A stretch of 64,000 bases of DNA, taken from Azolla caroliniana (Eukaryota > Plantae > Polypodiophyta). A program made the translations under genes and the position numbers. Positions 50,681 to 64,000 of this stretch are shown here, piece by piece. The notes under the pieces were generated by a model. That model searched no databases and was not told the origin of the DNA. It saw only the letters and a program-made list of their open reading frames with translations. The DNA lies in NCBI GenBank assembly GCA_043228905.1, contig JBHGNT010000004.1:21142001-21206000 (forward strand), in the 5' to 3' direction. Positions within the stretch are counted from its first letter, which is position 1; each line of letters starts with the position of its first letter.

Positions 50681-51798
50681 AGCGACAAGAGGCAGACCCC
50701 GATCCAGAGGTGGAGGAGGAGGGCACTAACAAGTGCGGGTAGCCGGATGAGGACCAGATTGACGATGGGTCGGAGGAAGATAAGTAAGGATTGATCCGAA
50801 ATTCTCCACTACTTCACTAGACTAGCACATGTTGGAGGATGTGTGGTTTGGAGGGGGTGGATGTCGTGGAGGATTCCATCCACTAAGGGAAAACGTCGTC
50901 GGATGCGTGTGAACAAGGGTGTGCATGTATGCATGTGAACTTGGTCTAATGTACAAAAAGAATGTAAATATAAAGGATTAATAAGTATGAGAAAGGAATA
51001 CTTTAATGGGTACTTTATGATCCCACAAAAAGAGGGGAATAAAGGTGAGTGATGGGAGGAAATCATGGGGAGATCTCTGGCAGAAGCGGTTGTCTTTATT
51101 ACTGATGTAACAACCTCTCCTTGTGCTATAAAAGGAGGGGACGGAGACTGAGTGAGGGATCCATTGTTTTGGAGGGGAAGGTGTTGTCGATTTGTGCTCT
51201 CGAGTTTGAGTTTTCTACATTGTGCACTAGGGTGAGGCCTCTGCTCGCATAGGAAGCTCGTGTGTTCCCGACTAGAGGCTCATCAGTGTGTGTGTGTGTG
51301 TGTGCGCGCGTGTTGAGCTTGAAGCTTTGCTGGCTAGTCGAAGGCCATCTGTTACATGACCATACTTTATCCACGTTTATAGAATACTACGGTACATTCT
51401 CACCACGGGATATTATTTGGTCATGCACATAACACCATCGCATTGTAATTCTTTCTGTCTTAATTCAATATTAGTATTGTTGTATCCTCTCTCTCTCTCT
51501 GCTTTGTGTTAATGTTCGTGTCTCTATTTTCTGTGTCCGGGAAGTTGTCGCTTCTCCCCTCCTTTGTTCCGCGTTTACCCACTGTGTAGGAGAGCCCGTG
51601 TACTCATTTTTCCGAAATCCGGCGACAGGGTCGGTTCGGATACAAGTCCTACATGCCCATGTGATCAGTGGAGAACTCCGACAAACGAGTTGAATAGTTG
51701 TTGCAAGCTTAGTAGCCTCTCTTCCTCCGACTCCCTAGTCTAAGACCCACGTGGTCCCGCATGATCCAACACGTACACGTGGATATCCGCAACACCGT

Positions 51799-52810
51799 TG
51801 TACTCTACAAATACTACAATCGTGAGAACTTTGCAAATTCAAGGTTGTAGCATCAACAAATTGCCAATCCACAATTTGCTCCTCTAACCAAGGCCATCAC
51901 AGTCCTTTTATATTTAGAGCATTACTAGTAAGAAAACTACTAAAAGGAGCCAATGGACATCCCTATGTCATTACTAGCTCTCCAACTACTAATACCCTAC
52001 TAGTAGCTTAGTTGTAAAGAGCTGAGTTGATTGTTAACCATTGATTAGGAAAACCTAACTTTTCCATGGTGCCCCTCAAAAAAGACAAATCTACCATATC
52101 ATAAGTTTATTCAAAATCCAACAACAAGATAACTAAATCCTCTTTCCTTTCTTATGAAAGTGCAACGGCTTCCCTAAATAAGAAAATGGTATCCAATATA
52201 CTCCTATCTTGTAAGAACCATGTTTGGGTGTTATGAATTATGTATGTTAAAAAAGGTTGCAATCTCATACCGGTCAACAACTTATCGTATATTTATAAAT
52301 AGTATTCAATATAGTAATAGGTCGCCACTTCCTAATATCAACCACTACCACTTCCAACTCAGGAATAAGATATAACTTTTGTCCATTTACATGTCATAAA
52401 TCCAATATCAAACACCTCTTAGAATGCAAAAGTAATGTCATTCCCAATAAACTCCCAATCATTTTGGAAAAAATCTATTGAAAGATTATCAGTACTAAGG
52501 CATAAATGTGTGTCAATTGCATCCAAAGCATCCTAATCACTTGGCCAATTGGCACACACGTATGTTACCTCATCTTTGGGAAGTGTATGGTCAATGACTT
52601 GATGTTTGAGACGCAACATTTGTACGTTTTTGAGCATGTTCACGAACTTTATCTCCTAGCTTCATTTTCATTGTTAGGACTTCGCTTTTGAGTCGGAGGA
52701 CGTTAGCCACAGTGCTTGATTCATTCAACTTCATCCATGTATCCCATGCCTCCTTAGCTGTTTTGGTGTGTCTTTATCTCATCAGCTTGTCCATCCCCAA
52801 TGTTTGCTCA
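51799..52810 (-). mobile_element. degenerate LINE RT remnant
   Basis: Minus strand reads DIRKWRPITILNTIYKIYDKLL (~52275-52340) and MEKLGF (~52050-52067), typical L1-clade RT motifs. Confidence 0.75.
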
Positions 52811-53128
52811 CCAATAGTGTCCCAGAGATGTCTCCGAGGTACTACCGTGTAGTTGGGTCTGCATGGTGGAAATCTTTACGCTTGTAGAGCGCAACGTGTT
52901 TTCCCAAGTGACAGAGGTACTTATGGCAATGCCCCTGGGTAAGTGTTCCCGAGTGTGTGGGTCCTGACTCCTTAACGGGAATTTTGGGCCCCCTAGGGGT
53001 TCTCCAACACTCTTGGGGGGGTTTCTCCGGCACTCTTTTTTACTACTCACTCCCTTGTAATTATTTAGCGTTTTAACTCGCACTTCAGTATTTGTTATAT
53101 GTATACATACATATTGAAGCCGCCTCCT

Positions 53129-53246
53129 TATAAAATATAATTCCATCTCTCTATCTGTCTCTCCTTCCCTTAAGAAGTCTCTGCATTCATTCATTCTTAG
53201 GGTTTTCTCCACCCCCCCGGCCCAGGCTCACGGCTATCCGACTCAC
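53129..53246 (+). promoter_or_regulatory. putative TATA box and non-coding first exon of UFD1
   Basis: TATAAAA at 53129, pyrimidine patch, TAGGGTTT near 53198, splice donor GTAAGC at 53247; would give a ~4-kb 5'UTR intron to the acceptor at 57207. Confidence 0.55.
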
Positions 53247-56200
53247 GTAAGCATTCTCTTCTTCTTCTTCTTCGTCTTCTTCGTTTTATATTTCTTCACG
53301 TCTGTTTGATGTTTGATTCTGCGTTTATCAAAGAAATCACTGTTCTCCTCTCTTTCTGTGTACGTGGAAAAAGGGCTCTTTGTTCTTTTCTCATACTACG
53401 GTATGAAAGAGAACACTAATCTTTCAATCGTTGATTGAACAATCAATTTTTTCTCTTTCTTTTTGTTCATCTCCAATATTTGAGATAAGCTATAAAACCT
53501 AAAGAAGGGAGGAGTTTTTTAACCCCCCCCCCCCCCCCCCCCCCCCTTATCAACATTATGTTGTATTCAAATGTACTGTGTTGATCTGTTTCCAAGTTTA
53601 TGTCAGAATGATGATGAAGCCGAGACTATACAAGTCCATTATGATAATTTCACACCTGCAAATTTTGTAGGGAGAAATATCCTTCTGAAGTTTTCAACTT
53701 GAAATGCATTTGACGTGAAATGTATTAATGCATCAAACAATTAAACAAATGATGTAACACGATCATTATGGTAAGGAGTGTCAGATCCTGCACGTATTGT
53801 TAGAAGGTGATGCGAGGGAAACAATTCCTACTAATAAAGTTTTAGTGCAATAAACCTATAATGCTGATATTGATTTGGTAGTTTTCCTTTGCTAAAAGAA
53901 AACCACCTATTCAATGGAAACGGGTTTTTTTTGCCCTTCCATATTGTTCAGCTTTAATCAATTCCCAACTTTTGCAAATATAAGAGTTCTTTTTATAATC
54001 TGGCATCGTAAGGTTTCGGTTGGACTAACTGTTGCTGGTGTTTTCATTTGTTTTTTGTTTTATTCTCTAAATTCTGAAGCGTTAATTTAAGTCTGTGGTT
54101 TTGTTAGTATTTTGGCTCTGGACTTTTGTGCTCGGATCATGCTAATAGATGTCATTGGCATTCCGAAAAGTCTGCAATAAGTTATCTATGCACTGTCTGA
54201 AGAGTGCTTATACAAGTCTGTTCTACTAAGGAGCTGGCAGTGATAACGGTTAACATGATTAGAGTGAATTGAATAGAGAGTTTGGGTAGACTAGGAGTAC
54301 GTGCAAAAAATTGAATGTTTTATTTATGATAGGTAGGTTACTTAACATAGGCCATGGAATTATGTGCACGTGAAGTTCAAGATGGCTCTTTATATCTCCA
54401 TTTTGTGGCCCTTATACCATTAAGGCTGCTAAAAATTACAAAAGGATTCATAAACTTTGCATCAACAATAAAATGAATGTTTACATTTTTACCACATGCA
54501 TATCTTAGCATGAGAATCACAAGGGCTATCTATTTCTTGCCCTACTCAGATATATTACCAAAATGTACATATGCTTTTTATTGTAAAAACTCATCCGATT
54601 GTCATCAGTTCTACTTTTAAGATGACTTAGTTTTCAACAAATGTTTTCTGCGCTGCTGTCTCTATGTTGGAAATTTATGCGACTTGGGTTTGAGGTCTGT
54701 TTCTAGGGCCTGGAACGTCTATCCTTGCCCACTTAATGATAAACAGTGGGCAACCTGCTGTATTTCTCTTTTCTTGCTAGTATCTATTTATGAGACTCAA
54801 ACGACAGTCAAACTCACATTATTTTCATTCATCTTGTGAAGGTGATTTCTTACGAATTTAGTGCATAAAGTCTATGCATATCTTTAACAATTTTTATAAT
54901 GAGTGTAATGGTCGTGGAGTAAAAGAGATAAGAAATTGTGCAAAACAATTTTTTGAATTAAATACACAAACAATACATAATTTCTAGACTAGGTTTGCAC
55001 GTATGGTATTTAATAAATAACAAAAGAGAATGAGAGGAAGTTGATTGCTGCTTATCTATGTATTTATGTTGCAGGAAACTGCTCCCTTGCTCAAAATGCT
55101 GTTTCTGCATTTTTTGTTAAGACCCAAGGTACTAACTGCACATTTCCTAAATGTGTCATCTCACATACTTGATACTCTCTCCCAGCTGGGCACTGTGTTT
55201 GGCCCCTATTGCCACAAACACACCAACAATGTCGTTGAAGTTCTGGAATGAGCATCTTTGACATGGCTCAGCTTCGCTCCACTGTTGAAAAGCTAGTGAT
55301 TCTCCAGTGACTCTAAGCTTGAGCACCTAACTGACTGGCTTTTGGACCTGGCACTATCTACACTCCGCACTATTCACAACTTCAATATGTCTTGCTCATC
55401 TGAATGTGTAGCCTTCTTGGTGATTCTGAACCAGAGGCTACAGAATCTTGGCCTTTGACCTTGGCTTCCTTGACTCTGTCTCATTGTTTACCACACTTGT
55501 GCCACGTTCTTTTGTAAGGCTTCTTTGGTTCTCCATCCTCCTCCTTACTGACTTGATGGAGAATGTGAAATCTGTTTTTGATTGATTTCAGATTCTGATC
55601 TACAACTCTTACTCTTGAAGTACCACTAAGAAATCCTCAAAGGAGAGTAAGGGATTGCGTACTTACTAGTGGTCAGTTTTTGGATCAGGCCATCAAAGCT
55701 TCCATGGCAACTCTTCCCCAAACTTCACTGTTACTACCCTGGCTATCTAGTCCTATCTGCTTTCTCCATTCCCATCATTCTGCCACTCTGGACATGGGCC
55801 AAAATCAGCATCAACACCAATTTGGTTATGACCATCACAATTGTGCAAATCGTCCTCATATTCTACATTCTCTATGTCTATACATCTGATGCATTGGGGG
55901 ATTGGGACTATTGATTTCAATGGATCTCAAAGTTTCCACAGTCTCCAATATGACTCTGAGCTTGGAGTCGAGAAACTCACAAAAATCCAAAACGATGGTT
56001 ATCTTGGAATTCCACAATGTAGGTTGTTCTATTGAGTTTGCCCTCCAAGAGCACTAGCAAGTTAGTCCTGTGACTAACTGGTGGGTGCACTTCACTTGTT
56101 GACACCATCTACTTTTGTTTTCAGAGCACTTTCAATCCTTAACATAAATGTCACTACCTCAACTTGATTCTCTCTTCCTATGCTTGTCATTGTACATGCA

Positions 56201-57310
56201 TGTAAAACTTCTAAAGCTATGATACCATTTTGAACCTGCATGGAAATATGTGAACGATATAGATTAACTAGCAGAGACAAGAAAGAACAATGCGTAGAAT
56301 CCATATATTGCAGAGTTCCTGAGACAAAGCTTACAATAGAACCAGGCCGTCAAGTGCACATACGCAAGCAAATGTAGATCCAACAATGGCTTAAAGTACA
56401 ACATCTTAGGAAAGGACAACATCTTAGTTTCCACAACTTAAGGATGCCTTTGTAGATAGTCTTATTGACCCTAATGACTGTGTTTGTGTATTGCATTATC
56501 TCCTTGATCATCTACTCCTGTTTATCATATCTAGAGGATGTGTCATCACTTATTTTGACAGTTAGACCATACTCATTTCTGTCAAGCATAAATCCTTTGA
56601 TTAATTTTTGGAGAAGGAAGGGTTCCATAGTGTTATGTTTTTGAATAAATTGGCATGAGCTTAATCAGGCAAACGAATCTATCAAATCAAAGTTTATGCT
56701 ACGTTTATAAGTAGATATACTCGTATAATGAGCATGGGGGATGTTTAGTGAAGTTTTTTTAGATTTTGATTATTTTGAAGAAGCTATATTGGAAGATGAG
56801 TTAAATGTATCAAAGGAATGAAGTGATCGAGTTGAGCGAAAGGCCCGAATTAATGTAGATTTTTTTTGGAAGGTATATGGGGAAAAGAACTTTATTGACG
56901 AAATGAGGGGAGTAGGTGAGTTGTGAGTTGAGCGGGACCCATGGAAGTGACTCTAGTTCTTTTAAATTATTATCAACTTATTATTGCTCAACCAATCTTC
57001 AGGTTTGATGTCTGGTTGATTTTACCATGTTTGTGGGCCAGACCTGCCTGCTTCTGTTTTGTTCCTTGGTGAATTTTTTTGTAAACAATTCACGAAGGCA
57101 CCACTCATTGGCCTCTTCCGTTGTCCAAGGCTCCACACTAGAGTATTTGATAGATTGATGTATCGTTAGAAGTTGATGTTATTTTATTTGTTTTTGGTTT
57201 AAAACAGATTTCCAAAGTAGCTGTTGCAGTTTGATTGCCATATACTTTGGAGGTGTATCATCAAGATAGAAAAGATGGCAAACTTTAATAATGTTCCTGA
57301 TCCATTTGCC

Positions 57311-58130
57311 ATGGTAATCATTAAAAGTTTATAGTGATATTTTTGGCCAATTGTTATGCAGCTGCATATGTATGCTATTAATGGATATGCCTTTAAATCT
57401 GCAAATCATAATACATGGTGCGTAAAGGGCATTTCCCGTTATGTACATGCATTAATCTACAGTTTCTTTTTTGTAGTTTTATGGAGGATATGGTTACTCT
57501 GGTGGTACATTCGAGCAGAATTATCGGTGCTACCCAGCAACTTTTATAGATAAAGTATGTTATTTGTATACGTAGCTTCTCTTCCATCCCTGAAATGCTG
57601 AAAAAACTGACTTTTTTTGGCAGCCCCAATTGGAGAATGGTGACAAAGGTATTATTGGTTCTGTGTTTGTCAAAGAGTCAATAGTTTTCCGATATGCCCA
57701 TTATTTGACTTTCTTTCTTCATCTTTGCAGTCATCATGCCTCCATCAGCACTTGATCGCCTAGGTATGTAACTTCACCAGCACATTGTAATTTTGTAGTC
57801 AACCATGCACAGTATATAAGAAGTGTTATGGAACCATTTTGATAAATTAACATATAAAAGTATGTATATCCATATAATAGATGTAGAAAACTAGTGTACA
57901 TTGTATCAATCACATTTACTTTAATGTGTTAAATCTGTAGAAAAGTAGTTCATATGCAATTTTTATTAGGTATCACAACTGAAGTGTTGTCCTTTCTACA
58001 GCATCATTGCGAATAGATTATCCAATGCTATTTCAATTGCATAGTGGCACAACGCATCGGACGTCTCATTGCGGAGTTCTGGAGTTCATAGCTGAGGAAG
58101 GAATGATATACATGCCTTATTGGGTACATA

Positions 58131-58186
<56 letters not shown>

Positions 58187-59877
58187 TTATGACAGTCTCA
58201 CATACTAAGGCACAGGGAATTTCTTGGAGGAGAAAAAACCAAAATGCTCATTGTGGTATTCTGGTGTTTCTATTTTTGAAAAGTATTATTTTGTTTTTAT
58301 TACAGATGATGCAAAACATGCTGCTCTCAGAAGGAGACATAGTACAAGTCAAAAGCGCAACTTTACCAAAGGGCACATATGTCAAATTACAACCACATAC
58401 TAAGGACTTTCTCGACATTTCAAATCCAAAAGCTGTGTTAGTATTGCATTTTTTGTTGCTTGCACATAATCATCTGATTACCGTAATGAATCTTAATAAT
58501 AAAGGGTTCCTAAATTACAGATTAGAGACCACACTACGTAACTTCTCATGTTTGACCGTCGGGGACAATATCATGGTCGCTTATAACAACAAAAAGTATT
58601 ATATTGATATTATAGAGGCAAAACCATCATCAGCAATCACCATAATTGAAACAGATTGTGAAGTAGACTTTGCGCCACCTTTGGATTACAAAGAGCCAGA
58701 GCCAATTCCACCTAAAAGTACCCCATCCAATAATACTACCAACTCACAAGGTATTTTTAGATTTTCTCTTTGTGTCATTACTTACCGTCTATTGCTTATT
58801 TTGTCTTTTGTGTATTAGCTCAACCGGAAGTGAAAGAACCAGAAGCACCAAAATTCAATGCGTTTTCAGGTGTTGGAAGACGCCTTGATGGGAAACCTTT
58901 GAAGTATTCCATTGCACCAGAAAATGGTGCTGTTGGTTCAACATCACAATCTTCTAACCAGAAGGTCCCTGTTTCAGCAGTCGCAACTGCCCCTACAAGT
59001 AAGGCAGCTGGAAAGTTAGTTTTTGGAGGTGGCCATGCGAAATCAAATGTTCCTGCCAAGGTATCCATATAAATAAAAGGGCAAAACACTGACGTGCCAT
59101 TATCTTCTTGGACATAAGTTTCATGTTTGCATGTACTAGCTAGCAACTTGGAATAAAGTTAAGTGCAGCTTAGTGGGAAGAATGTGTAAAGAATACTAAA
59201 AGATAAGGTGATGTCCTCCTTTTCAACATGCACACATCTCTCCCTGGAAAACATTCTCTCAAATGCATCAACTGATAACACCCACAATATAAATATCATG
59301 AGCATCTTTAATACAAAGAATTATCACAACAGAGAGGTATGCAGTTTAGTTTTGACAATTTGGGACTAACAGATGCTCTTATGATTCTCATAAAATGATA
59401 AGCATATGTTTATGCATAAGTTTTTCAATATCACATCTATATGCTTTGTCAATGAATGATTCCTCAATCTCAGATTAGAAAAGTAATTATAGATTTTTCT
59501 CAACTTATGCTCTCACTAATCGATTCAGATGAATTAATCAAACATGATTTTCATCAATGGATTAGAGATATTAAAGAGAATTATGGTTCTATGATCTGAG
59601 ATTAATGAATTGCCAAGCTTATAGATGTAATTTAAGAGGAATTTCAAACACACAACAAATTAAGTGGTAAATTTAAATATAGCAATACATTTAGTTCTTG
59701 TTTATAGTATTTTGATGTGTATGGTATCTGTCAAATAGTATTTAGTTGGTTGTTATTTTGTTTGTTTGTGGCATGCAGCCATTGCCAATAAAAGAACCTC
59801 TAAAGGAGGAAACAACAGAAGGGAATGAACCTAAATTTGAAGCTTTCAGTGGAAAAAAGTACTCATTGAAGGGCTGA
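57311..59877 (+). CDS. UFD1: ubiquitin fusion degradation protein 1 (CDC48/p97 cofactor), 320 aa; coding exons 57311-57313, 57477-57554, 57624-57648, 57731-57763, 58002-58123, 58306-58436, 58521-58750, 58819-59060, 59779-59877
   Basis: FEQNYRCYP, GDKVIMPPSALDRL, YPMLF, SHCGVLEFIAEEG, YVKLQPHTKDFLDISNPKAVLE, IIETDCEVDFAPP, and SHP boxes FSGVGRRLDG and FSGKKYSL; all introns GT-AG and in phase (963 nt total). The ATG-only exon is inferred. Confidence 0.95.
58132..58182. repeat. (CT)n microsatellite in a UFD1 intron
   Basis: Direct observation. Confidence 0.95.
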
Positions 59878-60573
59878 GGAAATTGAAGTTATATATCAAT
59901 GAAATGTGTGTCAGTTATCTTCAGCATCTTGATTCATGTACAGTTTGAAGGACAGGGCAGTCGAATATATTGTATAAGTGGCAAAATGGTGAAGCTAGTT
60001 TTTAATTATAAAGCTAGTTTTGTTTGTTCCATTGGCAATCTCAATGAAATGGTTTAAAAATATTCAAGAGGATGTATATGTTTTTATGTAGTTTTTTTCA
60101 CGAATGGCATCTGCTTGCTCCTTTATGATTGGTATCTGTTTCAGCGCGTACCACATTTTCCACGTGTCTCTTTAATAGAAAGCATTTGTGCATTTCAGAG
60201 AACTGTGTTTGAGTTGCATTTCGTCCCCATTTTCTCAAAAGTAGTTTGCAGATTTTAAATATTGCTCGTTTTGGACTAATAATTGTGTATAATCTGTGTA
60301 TACAGTAAAGCAATTTCTTCAGATATAAACAAAAGCTTTTAGGTCAATTTCATGTGTTGATGATACATCCCCATTATTTGTCCAATTTGGAACCAATTTT
60401 GTAACCCTGTGGACTAATTTGTAAGTATCTGATTGTTTTCAAATAAATAACCTTATTTGGAGAGGCCACCTAGCTAGCCCAATATAGTCTCCTATTGAAT
60501 GCTGGATTTTCTTGTGATTATTTGAAGTATGTTGGAATGTCAAGTAAAGCTGTACTAAAATTATAATTGCATC

Positions 60574-61426
60574 CATAGATTGACAGATTCGCATTCGTCG
60601 GGTTTCCCATTCGAATGCAAACGAATACGAATACGAATGGGTAGTCAAGTATTCGTTTAACACCCCCCCCCCCCCAAAAAAAAAAAAACTTAAAAAAAAA
60701 TTTCCTAGGATAAAAAGAAAGGAACTTGAAAATAAAGTATAATAAAAGAGGGACTTTGGGGACTTCACACTACTAAATTTTTATAATAAATGTATAACTT
60801 ATAAGTATTCATTTTTTTTAATAAATAAATAAAGTAAAATAAAGGCTCATTAATTTCTCACTTTTTATTTTCTCAAAATTTATGGATATTTTTATCTTGA
60901 CATTAAAAATAGTACTTCAAACTAATTAGTAATCATATTTGTATAATAAATATAAAAATATTCGTTTTAAAAAAATTAATTAATTAAAATAAGTTTCATA
61001 AACTCTCTTGACACTATAATCTATTAATGAATAATTTTTTTTTTGGTGAAATACATTTATTTTAATAAATAAATAAATTTTTTATATTTATTTACAAAAC
61101 GAATGGTTTTTTAATATTCTTGGGGCCATAATCTATTAATGAATAGTTGTTTTTTTTGGTGAAATACATTTATTTTGATAAATAAATAAATTTTTTATAT
61201 TTATTTACAAAACGAATGGTTTTTTAATATTCTTGGGGCCATAATCTATTAATGAATAATTGTTTTTTTTGGTGAAATACATTTATTTTAATAAATAAAT
61301 AATTTTTTTATATTTATTTACAAAATGAATGGTTTTTTAATATTCTTGGGGCCATTTTGTATTCTTGAATATGGAGAATATTGCGCATGGAGAATATCAT
61401 GAATATCATGCATGTGTCAATCTATG
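60574..61426. mobile_element. non-autonomous hAT-like DNA transposon (MITE)
   Basis: 12-bp TIR CATAGATTGACA/TGTCAATCTATG; 8-bp TSD ATTGCATC/GTTGCATC; subterminal ATTCG/CGAAT repeats. Confidence 0.8.
61016..61353. repeat. ~113-bp AT-rich tandem repeat x3 inside the MITE
   Basis: Unit ATAATCTATTAATGAATA...TTCTTGGGGCC occurs three times. Confidence 0.9.
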
Positions 61427-62999
61427 GTTGCATCAAATATAATAGTAGCCATAGACCTCTCGCTAATTTAGTAGAAGTAACCTTGGTAGAATAAGTTCTA
61501 TGCCAACTAAATTGGTTGATGGCATGATACTACCAATAGTTAAACTCAGGTTAGTTGCATTCATGATATGGCACATTTAAGAGCGCTAGCCATTTAGAAA
61601 CTTCGTTTGTTTTTGGCATAGGTTATTTTAGGTTTTCTTGTGAGTGTAGTAGCATGGGATGTGAAGTCCACATGTTCCTTGTGTCTTGGGCAATGCACTT
61701 GCTATGATGGCTTGGCAAAGTCTTTGAATGCCTCTTTCTTAACTAGGTTGAACATTCACATTGCACATTATCTTTGAATGACTAAATGAAAACATTGGCA
61801 CACACATTTTGTGTATAGTGTTTCATTATAATATAAAGGTTTTATGAATCTAAAAAACCAATTAAATGAGAAAACTAGCCAAGTTTTGTAGTTGGCTTGA
61901 GATATTTGAACTCAAACTTGAGTGACAATGTTTAATATATAAAGATCCGGGCTAAAAAGTCTACGACTACCCAAATGGGAATATGCAAAGTGAGAGTGTC
62001 ATTAAACAATCAAGGTATAAACCAATCTCTTTTAGAATATTTGTTTTCCCATATGTTTTGGATATTTGCTTGATTACCCTAAGCTCCAAACAATTACTAT
62101 AATATGTTATTTTCCAATTTATGAAAGGGTAACAAGGATATAGTTCTTTAACTTTGATGGTATATCATCTTGTCACTTTCTTAGGGCGATAGGTTTATGC
62201 CACATTCATTATGCACCTCTCACAAGAGATTGCATAAATTTATGCTTGTAAGATCAATATCTATTCTCAAGTTATACCATCACAAGCTTCAAAAATATGG
62301 AGATCGAGTCTCTAAAATAGACATCAACATGGAATGTGAAGATGTTTGCAATGGCATTTTAGTAGCAATGTTTGTAAGCATTACTAATTGTGGTTTCTTG
62401 GGAAAAACAAACTCAAGGTTTGAGTGTGTTGTCTTTTGTAGATTTTTAAACTATATGGTTTAAACTTAAGATGGGATAAAAAATGGGGCATTGCACTCAA
62501 GTGAGATACACAACTCATTTGCAAAAACATCGTGATCATTTATGTGCCTTCTTGTTGGTGCCCCAAGTACACCATCTCGCAGTAAAAAAATACATGAGAA
62601 GTTGTATGGAAGCATGCCAAACAAAGGGAAGTTATTTAGCATGTACAGGTTATCGAGGTTTCCTAAATTTGAGAAAACGATTTTGTAGTTTGGTGCAACA
62701 ATGTCATTGAATTTGATGCTACATCTTACTTGAGCTATAATACATTCGTGTTTCAAAAACCTCCATCAATGAGGAATTTATTAAGAACATGCAATGCATC
62801 CCATTTTTTAAATCATTTTATTATCGTTTGCCTTTGTGTGTCCTTTGAACTTATTTACTACTTTGTTTAGCACAATTCTATTAAGTCGTGTTAACAATTG
62901 CATGGAAAATAGAGAATGCACGTACATCTTTAACACCGAATAGATGGAGAAGACAAATATATGGTAACATATTTAACACCGAATAGGAAATCACCTTAC

Positions 63000-63720
63000 T
63001 GTCATTACACACGAGGTTTGATACAATGGGGCTTTGGCAAATAGGTACAAATACAACTTAGAAGCCATGTATAATTTGTAGCTTCATCTTCCCTCATCTT
63101 GTTTCAAATTTATGCTCTTTGGTGTATAATTGCCTTTCTCTCCTCACCTACACATGCATAACACAATATTCTATCCATTTCCATTGTGTGAGGACTTGTT
63201 ATCTAATTTCTAAACCTTTACTTTCATTGGACTTGTCATGAACCCTGCCAACACTTCCCCCACATAAGCTAAGCCTAGTCTTTTGTTGCACATATATGGG
63301 AGACTCTTCACCATTGTCCCTTCTCTCCAACATTTGGATGCCAAACTTATTAACTTCAAGCAAAGTTTGATTGGCGTAGAAGTAGAGTTAGAATCCTCTA
63401 TCCCCAACACTTTTGAGGTTTGGGCAAGCATACTTGGTATAAGGAATCCATCCATCTAGAAGTGCCAAGGGCTTGGTGCTTGCTTCAACCTACTTGGGTC
63501 TTTCCACCACCTCAAGGTTTTGCTTCAGGAATATCTTCAAAATGCCCAACTTCAAGTCCATCTAGATATAATCGCCGTACAATAGACATTGACAAGGTTG
63601 AACAAAATAGTTACGATCCGAGCCTTTTGCACATACCTTTTCACTACCAGTCTTTTTTTCTATTTTTCCTGCACATACTTTATGAAGGCAGTAGTTCATA
63701 GGTTTCTACTAAAATCGAGA
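63000..63720 (-). mobile_element. possible degenerate LINE ORF1 remnant
   Basis: The minus-strand peptide KVLGIEDSNSTSTPIKLCLKL loosely resembles plant LINE ORF1; weak support. Confidence 0.3.
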
Positions 63721-64000
63721 AACTCATTTCACCTTTCTATTTTAAAAATAAGGCATTGAAAAACATGTCTAGCCTCGCCGAACAATTCTCCACATCGTGT
63801 GAATTCCTTGATACAAAATTGTTCATCTGAAGGCCATAGTATTTATAGCTTATGACTGATTTAACCGTGTGCAAGGTCAACCATAAACATATTGTAAGTG
63901 CTCAACTATATACAATACAACATAGCATAAGCAGGCTTTAAAAACCGTCAAGGTTGAGTTTCTGCTCTTGAATTAGGCAAAACTTAGGATTATATTGTGC

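Larger units (their letters stand above)
40358..51794 (+). mobile_element. gypsy element 'G', old and defective
   Basis: Truncated 5' LTR 40358-~40573; 3' LTR 50862-51794; TSD CCGT at 40354-40357/51795-51798; PR ~40800-41711; pol ~41702-50787 with many stops. Confidence 0.9.

Noticed and set aside
55050-56300. Coding-like stretch and short ORFs in the UFD1 5' intron
   Set aside because: No recognisable motif or sustained ORF; probably an old TE or gene fragment, but I cannot support a call.

Overview
Eukaryotic land-plant genomic DNA, probably a non-seed plant (inferred from the retroelement types). Bases 1-51.8 kb are a deeply nested LTR-retrotransposon cluster. It holds three Tnt1-like Ty1/copia elements (tRNA-iMet primer binding site (PBS) in the two whose 5' end is visible), a 400-bp solo LTR, and at least nine insertions of one Ty3/gypsy group (tRNA-Trp PBS, 4-bp target-site duplication (TSD)), one of them a gag-only non-autonomous element. 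Part of the cluster sits in a LINE remnant. After it come an intact intron-containing UFD1 gene (~53.1-59.9 kb), a hAT-like MITE and further TE debris. Three observations stand out. (i) All nine readable gypsy target sites are 4-mers of the form NCGN, which suggests CpG-specific integration. (ii) These gypsy elements put a conserved GGAUUUU slippery site plus predicted pseudoknot after the protease (gag-pro | -1 pol). (iii) Conserved RNA stems flank the PBS and polypurine tract (PPT). Element labels (A, G1, B-J) are my own.
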